Assembly: GCA_004297305.1 (NCBI GenBank)
Contig: SCTR01000007.1
Coordinates: 25,281-89,280, forward strand
Reading direction: 5' to 3'
Origin: Actinomycetota bacterium
GTDB lineage: Bacteria; Actinomycetota; Actinomycetes; S36-B12; FW305-bin1
Length of the DNA stretch: 64,000 bases
Shown piece by piece: positions 28,301 through 38,700 of this stretch. The first letter of the stretch is position 1; each line of letters begins with the position of its first letter. The notes below the pieces were generated by a model, which ran no database searches, was not told the DNA's origin, and saw only the letters and a list, made by a program, of their open reading frames with translations. Position numbers and translations under genes: made by a program.

Positions 28301-31300
28301 CTACCCAGGGCCGCCGCCCTCGCTCCATAGCTCTCGCCACACAAACACGTACCGCGTGAGCCGAAAGTCGTCCGTCCCGGTCGCATCGAAGGGTCGCCGC
28401 ACATACCGCAATCGATCCGCCCCCGCGCCCTCAGGCGACACCTCCACGAGCGCCAACCGGTAGTCGTCGCCGAGATTCTTCGCCGTCAGAACCTCGTTGC
28501 GGGTGATGCTGAACTCGTCGGCCCCGGCGATGCGGCCCTTCACCTCGATCCGTATCACCGACCCGTCGACCCGTACCGACCGGACGTCGAAGCCCGGGTT
28601 GTTCGGCGGCATCTCCTCCGGCACCGCGCCCAACTTCCGCTCCGCAGCGAGCACCGCATCCACCGCCCGCCGCTCCACCGCCCGCCGCGCCTCCTCCGAA
28701 GCGGCGAGATCCACCACGGACGCGCCTCGCCACCGGTCGAGCAGTCCTTGCGGAATCACCAGGGCCGCACCGGAGATCACGGGCGGCAGCACCGTCAATG
28801 CGGCGTCGACGTCCAACTCGGCCAGCCGACGCTGCAGCCGCCCCTCAAGGTCACGTGCGCGCCGGTATGCCGTTTCTGGGCGCATCCGCAACTGCCGCCC
28901 TGCCGACTCTTGGTCCAGGAGCAGGGCGTGTTGCCCGTCCCAGTAGTTGATTTCGCTGGTGAGCCGGGCCCGCACGGCGTCTCGGGTCCGCGCGACCGAC
29001 GCCACCACGCGCGTCTCAACGTCGCGGCGGTGGTCGGGCAGCGAGTGCTGCACCGCCCACGCGCGGGCCACGTCTTCCACACCGGCCGTGAGCCACTCCG
29101 CGCCGAGTAGCGACTCCAGCTGGTCACCAGCGGCCGGCTGCCACGGGGCGTAGTCGAGGTACGGCGCAGGTCCGCCAGTCCGCGCAACGCCATCGGCGTC
29201 CAGTTCCACGAAGCCGAAGCGTTTGGACACCGTCCGCGACCGGCCGTCTTTGATCTCCTCGATCGATGCCACCAGCAGCCGCGGCGTGCTCGACAGATCA
29301 TCCGGATCTACTAGGACCGCGCCGTGCTTGAGCAGGCTCGAGTGGTCGTTGACGGTCAGGTCCACGACGGCGTCGAGCAGCGGATGCCCCGGCGCCAGCA
29401 ACTGGGCGACGGGCAACCCTGGCCGGCGTACGTCGTTGCGCTCGAAGCACACCCGTTCATAGCGCGTGAGTACGGCAGCGCCGATTCCAGCCTGCCGGTC
29501 GCGGTCGCGAATTCGTGCCGGGACGTGGGTGATCTCGTGCCGACCGCGTTCGCGAGCGGCAAGCTGCCCGCCCATGCGTTCGAACGCCTCGGCAAAGAAC
29601 GCCCGGATGTAGTGCGGCTGCAATCGCCTGGCCTGCGCCTCCTCGACGCGGCGGCGGACTTCGTCGGGGTCGCTTTGCGCGAGGACGTCGTGTTCGAGTG
29701 CCCGCTCGGCGAGCAGAGCCTCGATTCCCTCGTTGACGGATGCGTCGATGACGCGGTTGAGATGCTCGCGGGTCTCGGGAAGGTCGCCGTACCGGATCGC
29801 TTCGATCAGCAGTTCTCGCAATGGCCGACCCTCGAAGGCGTCGCCGAGCACGTCGAAGACCTTGCCGCCGTAAGCTTCACGCTGCTCGTCGACTTTGGCT
29901 AGCAAGCGCAGGAAGACATCGCCTTCCCGGGTGTCGCGGGCGACGAGGTTCCACAGGTGGCACACCTCGGTCTGGCCGATGCGGTGGATCCGACCGAACC
30001 GCTGTTCGATCTTGTTCGGGTTCCACGGCAGGTCGTAGTTCACCATCAGGTGGGCACGCTGCAGGTTCAGGCCTTCCCCGGCAGCGTCGGTGGCGACGAG
30101 GATGCGCACCTGCGGGTCCGAGGTGAACAGTTCCTGCGCCGTGCGCCGATCCTCCCGACGCACGCCGCCATGAATCGCGACGACGGTTCGGTCGTCGCCG
30201 AGCAACGTGCCGATCCGGTCGACGAGATAGTTCAGCGTGTCTTTGTGTTCGGTGAAGACGATGATCTTCCGTGGTGTGCCGGCGGAGTCGGTGACCATCG
30301 CCTCGTCCAGCAGGATGGTGCGCAGCTCGGTCCATTTGCGGTCGGTGTCGGACTGCCGCACCCGCCGGGCCACTTCGATCAGGTCGTCGAGGACACCGAT
30401 CTCGTGCTGCAGTTCGGTGCGCGTGCGCGCCGCGGTCGCCGCGTCGGTGACGGTGTCCTCGACCTGCTCGACCTCCTCGGCGGTCATGTCCTCCAGTGCG
30501 TCGTCGATGCGACCGACGTCGCGGCCGAGCATCTCGGCCAAGCGATCCCGCAGCGGCGCAGCCGCAGTCGAGCCGTCACGGTCGATCGTCTGTAGCTGGC
30601 GCCCCAATCGGTCGCGCCGCCGCTGCAGGCTGCGCAGGATCGCCTCCGGGCTGGACGCCAGCCGGCGTTGCAGCACCGTGAGCGCGAATCCCACGTTCGT
30701 GCGGCGCCGGTCGCCCTCGCCGAGCGCGTCGGCCCTGCCCATTTCCTCACGGACGTACGCCGTGACGACGTCGTACAGCTCCTTCTCTGCCGCCGACAGC
30801 TCGTACGGCACCGTGGACGCGCGCCGCTCGGGGAAGAGCGGCCGACCGTCCATGGTGAGCAGTTCCTCTTTCACCATGCGGCGCATCAGGTCGCCGGGCT
30901 GTGCGCTGTGCAACCCGTCCCGGAAGCGACCCTCGAAACGGTCCCCGTCCAGCAGCGCGAGGAAGAGCTGGAAGTCCTCCTGCTTGCCTGAGTGCGGCGT
31001 CGCCGTCATGAGCAACAGGTGCCGAGTGACGCGGCCGAGCGATCGCCCGAGTTCGTAGCGCTTGGTGGTCGTCAGTTCGTTGCCGAAGTAGTGCGCGGAC
31101 ATGCGGTGCGCTTCGTCGACGACGACGAGGTCCCAGTCGCTGCCGTCGAGCTGGCCGCGCAGATCATCGTTGCGCGAGAGCTGGTCCATCCGGGCGATGA
31201 GCAGCGGGTGCTGGTCGAAGACGTTCGACCCCAACGTGGTGGCGTCGATCATCGGGCGGGTCAGCACCTCGAAGTCGAGACCGAACTTGTCGTGCAGCTC

Positions 31301-31840
31301 GTCTTGCCACTGGTCGACCAGGGATCCAGGCGCCACGATCAGGCAACGGGCGAGGTCGCCACGCAGCCGGAGCTCCTTGATGTAGAGGCCGGCCATGATG
31401 GTCTTGCCGGCGCCGGGATCGTCGGCCAAGAGGAAACGCAGCGGGCTGCGGGGCAGCAACTCGCCGTAGACGGCGGTGAGCTGGTGTGGCAGCGCTTCCA
31501 ATTCGGACGTGGACACCGCGACCATGGGGTCGAAGAGCGCGGCGTACCGGATCCGCAACGCCTCCGCCGCGAGCCGCCACAGCGCCCCGTCGGCATCGAA
31601 GGCGCGGGTGGTCCCGGCGGATTCCAGCCGCAGCCGAGGCTCGTCGTCCCGCCCGAGCATCGCCTGGCCGACATCGCCGTGACCGTCGCGGTAGGTGACT
31701 TCGAGGAACTGCGTCCCTACCCACCGGGCGGCGACGATGTCGACCACTCCGGCGGTCGCGACACCGGCGGCACGAACGCCCGGCACGAGGTTCTCCAGCG
31801 CTGCGGCGAGTGCGCGTTCGATGGGCGATTCGGCGTCCAC
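28301..31840 (-). CDS. SNF2-family (SF2) helicase with a C-terminal DUF3883 / restriction-endonuclease-like domain
   Basis: LLADDPGAGKTIMAG, DLVVVDEAHRMS, LLLMTATPHSGKQEDF and NYDLPWNPNKIEQRFGRIHRIGQ (SNF2 motifs I-VI). The C-terminus reads LGAVPEEMPPNNPGFDVRSVRVDGSVIRIEVKGR...FSITRNEVLTAKNLGDDYRLALVEV (DUF3883 pattern GxD..S...IEVK...T.NE). Confidence 0.9.
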   Translation of the reverse strand: MDAESPIERALAAALENLVPGVRAAGVATAGVVDIVAARWVGTQFLEVTYRDGHGDVGQAMLGRDDEPRLRLESAGTTRAFDADGALWRLAAEALRIRYAALFDPMVAVSTSELEALPHQLTAVYGELLPRSPLRFLLADDPGAGKTIMAGLYIKELRLRGDLARCLIVAPGSLVDQWQDELHDKFGLDFEVLTRPMIDATTLGSNVFDQHPLLIARMDQLSRNDDLRGQLDGSDWDLVVVDEAHRMSAHYFGNELTTTKRYELGRSLGRVTRHLLLMTATPHSGKQEDFQLFLALLDGDRFEGRFRDGLHSAQPGDLMRRMVKEELLTMDGRPLFPERRASTVPYELSAAEKELYDVVTAYVREEMGRADALGEGDRRRTNVGFALTVLQRRLASSPEAILRSLQRRRDRLGRQLQTIDRDGSTAAAPLRDRLAEMLGRDVGRIDDALEDMTAEEVEQVEDTVTDAATAARTRTELQHEIGVLDDLIEVARRVRQSDTDRKWTELRTILLDEAMVTDSAGTPRKIIVFTEHKDTLNYLVDRIGTLLGDDRTVVAIHGGVRREDRRTAQELFTSDPQVRILVATDAAGEGLNLQRAHLMVNYDLPWNPNKIEQRFGRIHRIGQTEVCHLWNLVARDTREGDVFLRLLAKVDEQREAYGGKVFDVLGDAFEGRPLRELLIEAIRYGDLPETREHLNRVIDASVNEGIEALLAERALEHDVLAQSDPDEVRRRVEEAQARRLQPHYIRAFFAEAFERMGGQLAARERGRHEITHVPARIRDRDRQAGIGAAVLTRYERVCFERNDVRRPGLPVAQLLAPGHPLLDAVVDLTVNDHSSLLKHGAVLVDPDDLSSTPRLLVASIEEIKDGRSRTVSKRFGFVELDADGVARTGGPAPYLDYAPWQPAAGDQLESLLGAEWLTAGVEDVARAWAVQHSLPDHRRDVETRVVASVARTRDAVRARLTSEINYWDGQHALLLDQESAGRQLRMRPETAYRRARDLEGRLQRRLAELDVDAALTVLPPVISGAALVIPQGLLDRWRGASVVDLAASEEARRAVERRAVDAVLAAERKLGAVPEEMPPNNPGFDVRSVRVDGSVIRIEVKGRIAGADEFSITRNEVLTAKNLGDDYRLALVEVSPEGAGADRLRYVRRPFDATGTDDFRLTRYVFVWRELWSEGGGPG

Positions 31841-32001
31841 AACACCCCCGGTCTCGGCGTACGGCGATCTACCAGGTGGCAGGTTCCCACAGCGGGCGCT
31901 CGGAGTCTCCGCGGCAACTCGGGCCCCTCGCTCCGCCGGAGATCCATGTGGCTGTGTCAGACGGGACTGCCAGGGTGCCCCAGATCCAATAGAGGGGCGG
32001 C

Positions 32002-32478
32002 GTGGAGGCTGATCCGACCTGGCTCGTGATTGTGACGACGACAGTCGGCCCGGCTGCTGCGGTCATCGTTGCGGTTATCGCGGCTAGCGTCGCCGTCGGG
32101 CTGTGGCGACGCGAGGAGAGTTTCCGTATGGTCCGCTGGGCAGCCGAACAGGCCGCTCAGGAACGCCGATCCGACCACGACGGACCAGCAGTCGGGACGG
32201 CCGTCCTCGACTACCTCACGGCAACGACCCCCGGATCGCGGCGGTGGTGGGAGCCCAGGCGCCGTCGCCGCGTGCTGGACGCAGGGGGCGCTGCGCTCGC
32301 CGAGGTCGTCAGCGCAGCGCTCGTGGAGGAGCTGCGGTCGCGTGTGGCGGTGGCTGCCGCGGCCGACACCTCCGTGGTCGTCACGTCCGACGCCTTCCCT
32401 GCCGTCCCTGGTCAAGGTCCATACACTGTTCGATCGGAACCCGTGCCCGGGGAGGCGACCGATGACGACGACACCTGA
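32002..32478 (+). CDS. Hypothetical membrane-anchored protein (158 aa) embedded between the helicase and the methylase
   Basis: GTG 32002 follows AGAGGGG. The N-terminal hydrophobic helix is WLVIVTTTVGPAAAVIVAVIAASVAVGLW, and third-codon positions are mostly G/C, as in real genes here. The competing minus-strand ORF (31957..32526) is R/G/P-rich shadow. I recognise no homology. Confidence 0.45.
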   Translation: MEADPTWLVIVTTTVGPAAAVIVAVIAASVAVGLWRREESFRMVRWAAEQAAQERRSDHDGPAVGTAVLDYLTATTPGSRRWWEPRRRRRVLDAGGAALAEVVSAALVEELRSRVAVAAAADTSVVVTSDAFPAVPGQGPYTVRSEPVPGEATDDDDT

Positions 32479-32647
32479 CGTGATCGCCGTGACGCCGACG
32501 GAGATGCGGGCCGCCAAGGTGGTCATCAGGTTGATGCGCCGACGCGGCGAGGCGCCCAGTCAGGCGTTGCTCGCCATCGCGAACGCGACGGTCGAGCCCA
32601 CGCGGATCTCGGATGCCGCTGCCCGGGTCCCCGCTGACGAGGTCTGA
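32462..32647 (+). CDS. Hypothetical small protein (61 aa), overlapping the previous ORF by 17 nt
   Basis: From ATG 32462, within ORF 32069..32647: MTTTPDVIAVTPTEMRAAKVVIRLMRRRGEAPSQALLAIANATVEPTRISDAAARVPADEV. The overlap suggests translational coupling. I recognise no family. Confidence 0.35.
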   Translation: MTTTPDVIAVTPTEMRAAKVVIRLMRRRGEAPSQALLAIANATVEPTRISDAAARVPADEV

Positions 32648-32828
32648 CGCGCATGGTCAGACGGTCCCTCGGCGACCTGTCACGCAGGGGCCCCGCGAAG
32701 GGACCGCGCAACGTGTCTGTCCGACGCGCCATGATGTGCCGTCAAGAGCGGCGACGGAGTCTGTGGACTGAGAGCCGCATGGGGTGATCGCCGGCCTGGA
32801 CGTCCGGCGTGACGAGGGGACCGAGCGG

Positions 32829-35668
32829 ATGGCCACGACGGCGGACGTGCCAAGGCGGAAGCTGATCGAGGTGTCGTTGCCGCTGGAGGACATCAACCGC
32901 GAGTCCGCCCGGGAGAAGTCCATCCGGCACGGCCACCCGTCCACGCTGCACCTGTGGTGGTCAAGGAAGCCGACGGCTGCAGCACGAGCCGTGCTCTTCG
33001 CCCAACTCGTGGACGACCCGTCGTCGCACCCGGACCGCTTCCCGACGCCGGAGGCTCAGGCCGCCGAGCGGGAGCGGCTGCACGACCTGATTCGGCGACT
33101 CGTCGTCTGGGAAAACGTCGGTGACGAGCGGCTCCTGCGCGAGGCCCACGAGGAAATCTTGAAATCCAGCGGGGGGGGGCCAGCAGTTTGCCGGTCATCC
33201 TCGACCCGTTCGCGGGCGGCGGGTCTATCCCGCTGGAGGCTCAGCGGCTCGGCCTTGAGGCCCATGCCAGCGACCTGAACCCCGTCGCTGTCCTCATCAA
33301 CAAGGCACTCATCGAGATCCCGCCCCGCTTCGCCGGCCGGTCTCCCGTCTTTCCCGGCGCCGCCGAGTCGCGGCTCGGCGACTGGCCCCGCGCGACCGGG
33401 CTCGCCGAGGACGTCCGCCGGTACGGCGGCTGGATGCGCGAGCGCGCCCAGGAACGGATCGGGCATCTCTACCCGCCGGCGAAGCTGCCGGACGGATCGA
33501 CCGCCCCCGTCATCGCCTGGATCTGGGCCCGGACAGCGACGTGTCCCAACCCCGCCTGCGGGATCGAAATGCCGCTCACGAGTAAGTGGCGGCTGGGCAA
33601 GAAGAAGGGAAAGGAGGCGTACGTCGTCCCCTCCGTCGTCCCCGACCCGTCAGTCGCGGCAGGGCGCCGAGTCGTCTACACGATCGGGCACGATCCCGCC
33701 CAGGCGCCGACCAAGGACACGGACGGGACGATGTCGGGCCGTCGCGGCGCCCTTTGTGTCGCCTGCGGTACAGCCGTGCCCACTGATCACATCAAGGCCG
33801 AAGGCGTCGCGGGGCGTATGGGCGCGCAGCTACTCGCCATCGTCGCGGAAGGCGCTCGGCAACGGATCTACCTGCCGCCGAATGCAGAACACATCGCCGC
33901 GGCGGACGTGGCCCGTCCGGATGACGTGCCCGAGGGCGAAATCGCCACCAACCCAAGGTGGTTTTCGACGCCTGCATTTGGGATGACCGAGTTTGCGGAT
34001 CTTTTCACAAACCGGCAGTTGGTGGCGTTGACGACATTCAGCGACCTCGTCGGCGAGGCACGGGAACAAGTTCTTGCCGATGCCCTCGCCTCCGGCCTCC
34101 CTGAAGGCACCCGCCTAGAAGCCGGCGGCTCCCACGCCGCCGCCTACGCCGACGCCGTGGCAACCTACCTAGCCATGACCGTAAGCCGCCTCGCTGATCT
34201 CGGCAATTCTCTCTGTCGTTGGGAACCCGTCGCCGAATGTCCCCGTCAACTCTTCGGCCGCCAGGCCGTTGCCATGGTGTGGGACTATGCGGAGGGCAAT
34301 TCGCTCGGCGAATCGTCCGGCTCCTGGCAGGTGCTGACCGGCGGCACGCAACGCGCCTTCGCCAGTGCAGCGTTCTCGCGGGCCAATGTGTCTGCGCATG
34401 CAACTCAAGGAGATGCGCTGGAGGCGGTTTCGCGGAAGCAGGTCGTCATATCGACCGATCCACCCTACTACGACAATATCGGGTACTCCGACCTTTCGGA
34501 CTTCTTCTACATTTGGTTGCGACGAACGTCCGGCGATCAGTTCCCGGCTCTGTTCGGAACCCTGCTGGTGCCGAAGGCAGACGAGTTGGTGGCGAACCCG
34601 TATCGCCACGGTGGTCGCGACACGGCGGAGCAATTCTTCGAGACGCGGTTTCGTGATGTGTTCACTCGAGCACGTGATCATGCAAGTCCGGATATGCCCA
34701 TTGCCGTGTACTACGCCTTCAAGCAAGCTGAGCTCAAGACTGACGGCGTTTCATCGACGGGATGGGCCACGATGCTCGAGGGCATCATCGGCGCAGGCTG
34801 GTCGGTCACTGGCACGTGGCCGCTACGCACCGAGACATCGAGCCGTTTGACTGCCCAGGGAACCAACGCCCTCGCATCTTCCATCGTCCTCGCGCTTCGT
34901 CCCCGCCACGAGGACGCTCAGGCCACGACCCGTCGCGGCTTCCTCGCCGCGCTGAAGGCCGAGTTGCCGCATTCGCTCCGGGAGATGCAGCAGGGCGCGA
35001 TCGCACCCGTCGACTTGGCCCAAGCCACCATCGGTCCAGGCATGGCCGTATTCTCCCGCCACAGCCGAGTCGTCGAAGCAGACGGCTCGGCAATGTCAGT
35101 GAAGACGGCGCTCGCGCTCATCAACCACGCGCTCGACGAGGTGCTGGCGGAGCAGGACGGCGACCTCGACGTCGACACCCGGTTCGCGCTCAAGTGGTAC
35201 GAGCAGTATGGCTTCGGCCTCGCCAAGGGCAAGTTCGGCGAGGCCGACGTCCTGGCTCGTGCGACGAACACGTCCGTCGAAGGACTGAAGCGTGGCGGCA
35301 TTCTGGCCTCGGGCGGAGGAGACATTCGCCTCCTGGCGCCGACAGATCTGGACGCCTCCTGGGACCCCCTGGCCGACGACCGGATCAGCGTGTGGGAAGC
35401 CACGATGCATCTGGCTCGGGTCCTCGACACCGGCGGCGTCGAGGCGGCCGCGGCGCTCATTCCGAAGGTGGGCCAGCGGATCGACCTTGACGCGGTCCAG
35501 CTGATCGCGTACCGGCTTTACGAGCTGTCACAAGCCAACCGGCCCGCGGATGCGTTGCTGTTCAACGCGCTCGGTACTTCATGGGGTGATCTTGCATCCA
35601 CCCGGCGTACCGACCCGGCGCCGACGGTGACGGCACCGACACTCAACTACGGCGACGAGGATGAGTAG
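32829..35668 (+). pseudogene. DUF1156-type N6-adenine DNA methyltransferase, reading frame broken at a G9 tract (frameshifted, possibly phase-variable OFF, or a homopolymer sequencing error)
   Basis: The N-terminal piece runs from ATG 32829 to stop 33278 ([48 protein letters not shown]...). It continues in the +1 frame as ORF 33188..35668 ([44 protein letters not shown]..., catalytic STDPPYYDNIGYSDLSDFFYIWL). The two pieces join seamlessly if the G run at 33171-33179 has 10 or 7 G instead of 9. Confidence 0.85.
33171..33179. repeat. Homopolymeric G9 tract at the methyltransferase frameshift site
   Basis: The sequence reads ...atccagc GGGGGGGGG ccagcag... Confidence 0.95.
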
Positions 35669-35749
35669 TCACTTCTTACCCGAGCCGCCACCATGCGGCG
35701 CGGCGAGTTCCACCACCATTGACGAGCTGGACGCAAGGGGGATCACGCC

Positions 35750-38700
35750 GTGGCGCTGAGCAACCGGGACAGGATCGATCGTGGGCTTCAGGCGCTCGTC
35801 CTCGGGGTGCGGCCGTTCGTCGACCAGCACATGGGCGCCGCCGCCAAAGGCGCCGACTGGGTCGCGCTGCTCACTGCTCGCGACGCCGCGAAGCACGGCA
35901 CGGTCAAGAAGAACTCACCGGACGACCCGCGCTTCCTCCTGAAGATCTTGACCGAAGAATGGCGCGCCTTCGGCCAGGAACTCTCGCGCGTCGACCAGTC
36001 CTATGCCTCCGAGTTGCGCGACGTCGGCAATCGGCTCGCCCACGGCGAGTCGTTCAGCGCGGACGACACCACCCGCGCACTGGACACCATCGAGCGGTTG
36101 CTTACGTCGGTGGGCGCGCCCGACCAGGCCGACGCCGTCCGGACATTGCGGCTGGACCATCAGCGCGACGTCTTCGAGGCGCAGACCAAGAAGACCGTGC
36201 GCGCCGCAGTCGGCACCGTCAACACGCCCGGGACCGGCCTGAAGCCGTGGCGCGAGGTCATCACGCCGCATCCCGACGTCACAGCGGGACAGTTCAACGC
36301 CGCCGAGTTCGCCGCCGACCTGCATCAGGTATCGACGGGGGAGACGACACAGCAGGAGTACGCCGATCCGCGGGAGTTCTTCGCGCGCACGTACCTCACC
36401 GAAGGGCTCAAGGACCTGCTCGGGCGGGCGGTCCAGCGGTTGAGCGGTGACCTCAACGCGTCCCCGGTTGTCAATCTGCAGACCAACTTCGGTGGCGGCA
36501 AGACCCACTCGATGCTCGCCGTCTACCACCTGGTGGCCGGCCTGCCGGCCAGTGCCTATCCGCAGCCGGTCCAGGAAATCGTCGGGCCGGTGAAACTCGA
36601 CGAACTCAACGTCCGGCGGGTGACCCTTGTCGGGACGCATCTCGCCCCGAACCAGCCACGGGTCAAGGAGGACGGCACTGCCGTTCGTACCCTTTGGGGA
36701 GAGCTCGCCTGGCAGCTCGGCGGACGTACGGCGTACGACGTCGTCGCCGACGCTGACCGGTCGGGAACTCCGCCGGGAGATGCACTGACCGGGCTGCTGC
36801 GCGAGCACGCACCGGTGCTCATCCTTATCGACGAGTGGGTGGCCTACGCCCGGGGACTCAGCGATGACGAGGATCTCGCCGGCGGGCGTTTCGACAACCA
36901 GTTCACGTTCGCCCAGCACCTGACCGAGGCGGTCAGCGCGATCCCCGGAGCGATGCTGCTGGTCTCTATCCCGGCGTCTGACACCTTGGACGCTGGCGGT
37001 GGCGGGTCGGCGATCGAGGTCGGTGGTGAGCGGGGTCGTCGCGCCCTCATGGCGCTGCAGAACGTGGTCGGCCGCAAGGCCGACCACTGGCGGCCGGCGA
37101 GCAGCATCGAGTCGTTCGAGATTGTCCGACGCCGGTTGTTCGCCGAGCCCGATGCCGCGGCGCGCACGGAGATCGCTGCGGTCGCGCGGCAGGTCGTCCA
37201 GTTCTACCGGGAGCACCACGGTCAGTTCCCCCGCGAGGCCGAGGAGTCGGCGTACGAGGACCGCCTCAAAGCGGCCTACCCCATCCACCCCGAGCTCTTC
37301 GACCGCCTCTACCACGACTGGTCGACGCTCGAACGGTTCCAGCGAACGCGGGGCGTGCTGCGGCTCATGTCGATCGTCATCCACGAGCTGTGGCGGTCCG
37401 GCGACGCGAGCCCGCTCATCACCCCGGGCACGATCCCGTTGCACGCGCCGCTTGTGGCCAGCGAGCTGACCAACTATTTGCCGGATGCGTGGCGCCCGAT
37501 CATCGACAGCGACATCGACGGCGAGGGCTCCGATGCCGTGCGGATCGATGCGAGTCGCCCCGGCACGTTCGGCGCCCGGTCATTGACCCGCCGGATCGCT
37601 CGGACGATCTTCCTCGACACGGCGGCCACGCTGAACAGCGACCACCGCGGCGTGGAGCGACCGCGGATCTGGCTCGGGGTCGCGATCCCGGGTGACACGC
37701 TCGGCAACTTCGGCTCCGCGCTGGAACTGCTCAGTCAGGAGTCGACGTACCTGTACTCCGAAGCAGCGCGTTACTGGTTCTCAACCGCGGCGTCGGTCAC
37801 CCGCACCGCCGCCGACATTGCCGACCGGCTTCGTGAGGAGCCCGAGGCGGTGTGGAAGGAGATCCTCGATCGGGTGAAGGTGCTCGTCCGTGACCGGGGT
37901 GGATTCGCCGGTGTCCACGTGGGCCCGGTGTCGTCGGCGGACGTTCCGGACCTGGAGGAGGTGCGGCTTGTCGTCGTACACCCCCGGATGCGCCACGCGA
38001 AGAACGAGAAGGAGTCCGAGGCGCTCCGCTTCGCCCGCGATGCCACGTTGCGAGTCGGATCCGCACAGCGGCGCAACCGGAACATGGTCGTCTTCGTCGC
38101 TGCCGACGGGCAGCGGTACGAGGAGCTCGACAGTGCGGTCCGGGCCTTCCTGTCCTGGAAGCAGATTGCCGACCAGGCCACGGAAATGGACCTGACGCCC
38201 AGCCAGAAGGCCCAGGCCGATAGTCGTCGGCGGCAGGCTGACGAGGATGCCAGGAACCGACTGGCGGCGACGTACACGTGGACCTTCGTCCCGACGCAGG
38301 ATCCACAGTCGCCACCTGAGGTCGCAGTGGTACCGGTGAAGGACGGCCAGGGCGGTCTGGCCGAGCGGGTGACCACCAAGCTCGTACGGGAAGGTCTGCT
38401 GGCAACGACTTACGGTGCCTTCTCGGCGCGGATGGCGCTCGATGGGCCGCTGAGCACGGCTTGGGCAGCGGGTCACGTCTCCGTGGGGGAGCTGTGGTCG
38501 CTCTATACGCAGTATCCGTATCTGGACCGCCTTCGCGATCGGTCCGTCCTGGAGTCGGCTCTGCTCAGTCCGCCGATTCTGTGGGAACAGGAAGGCTTCG
38601 CCTGGGCCGCTTCGGTGGATGACGGTGGACGGTACGTCGGGCTGGTCCTGCCCAGTGACGAGACCGTACCGAGCTCATTGCCGGATTCCTGGCTTGTCGT

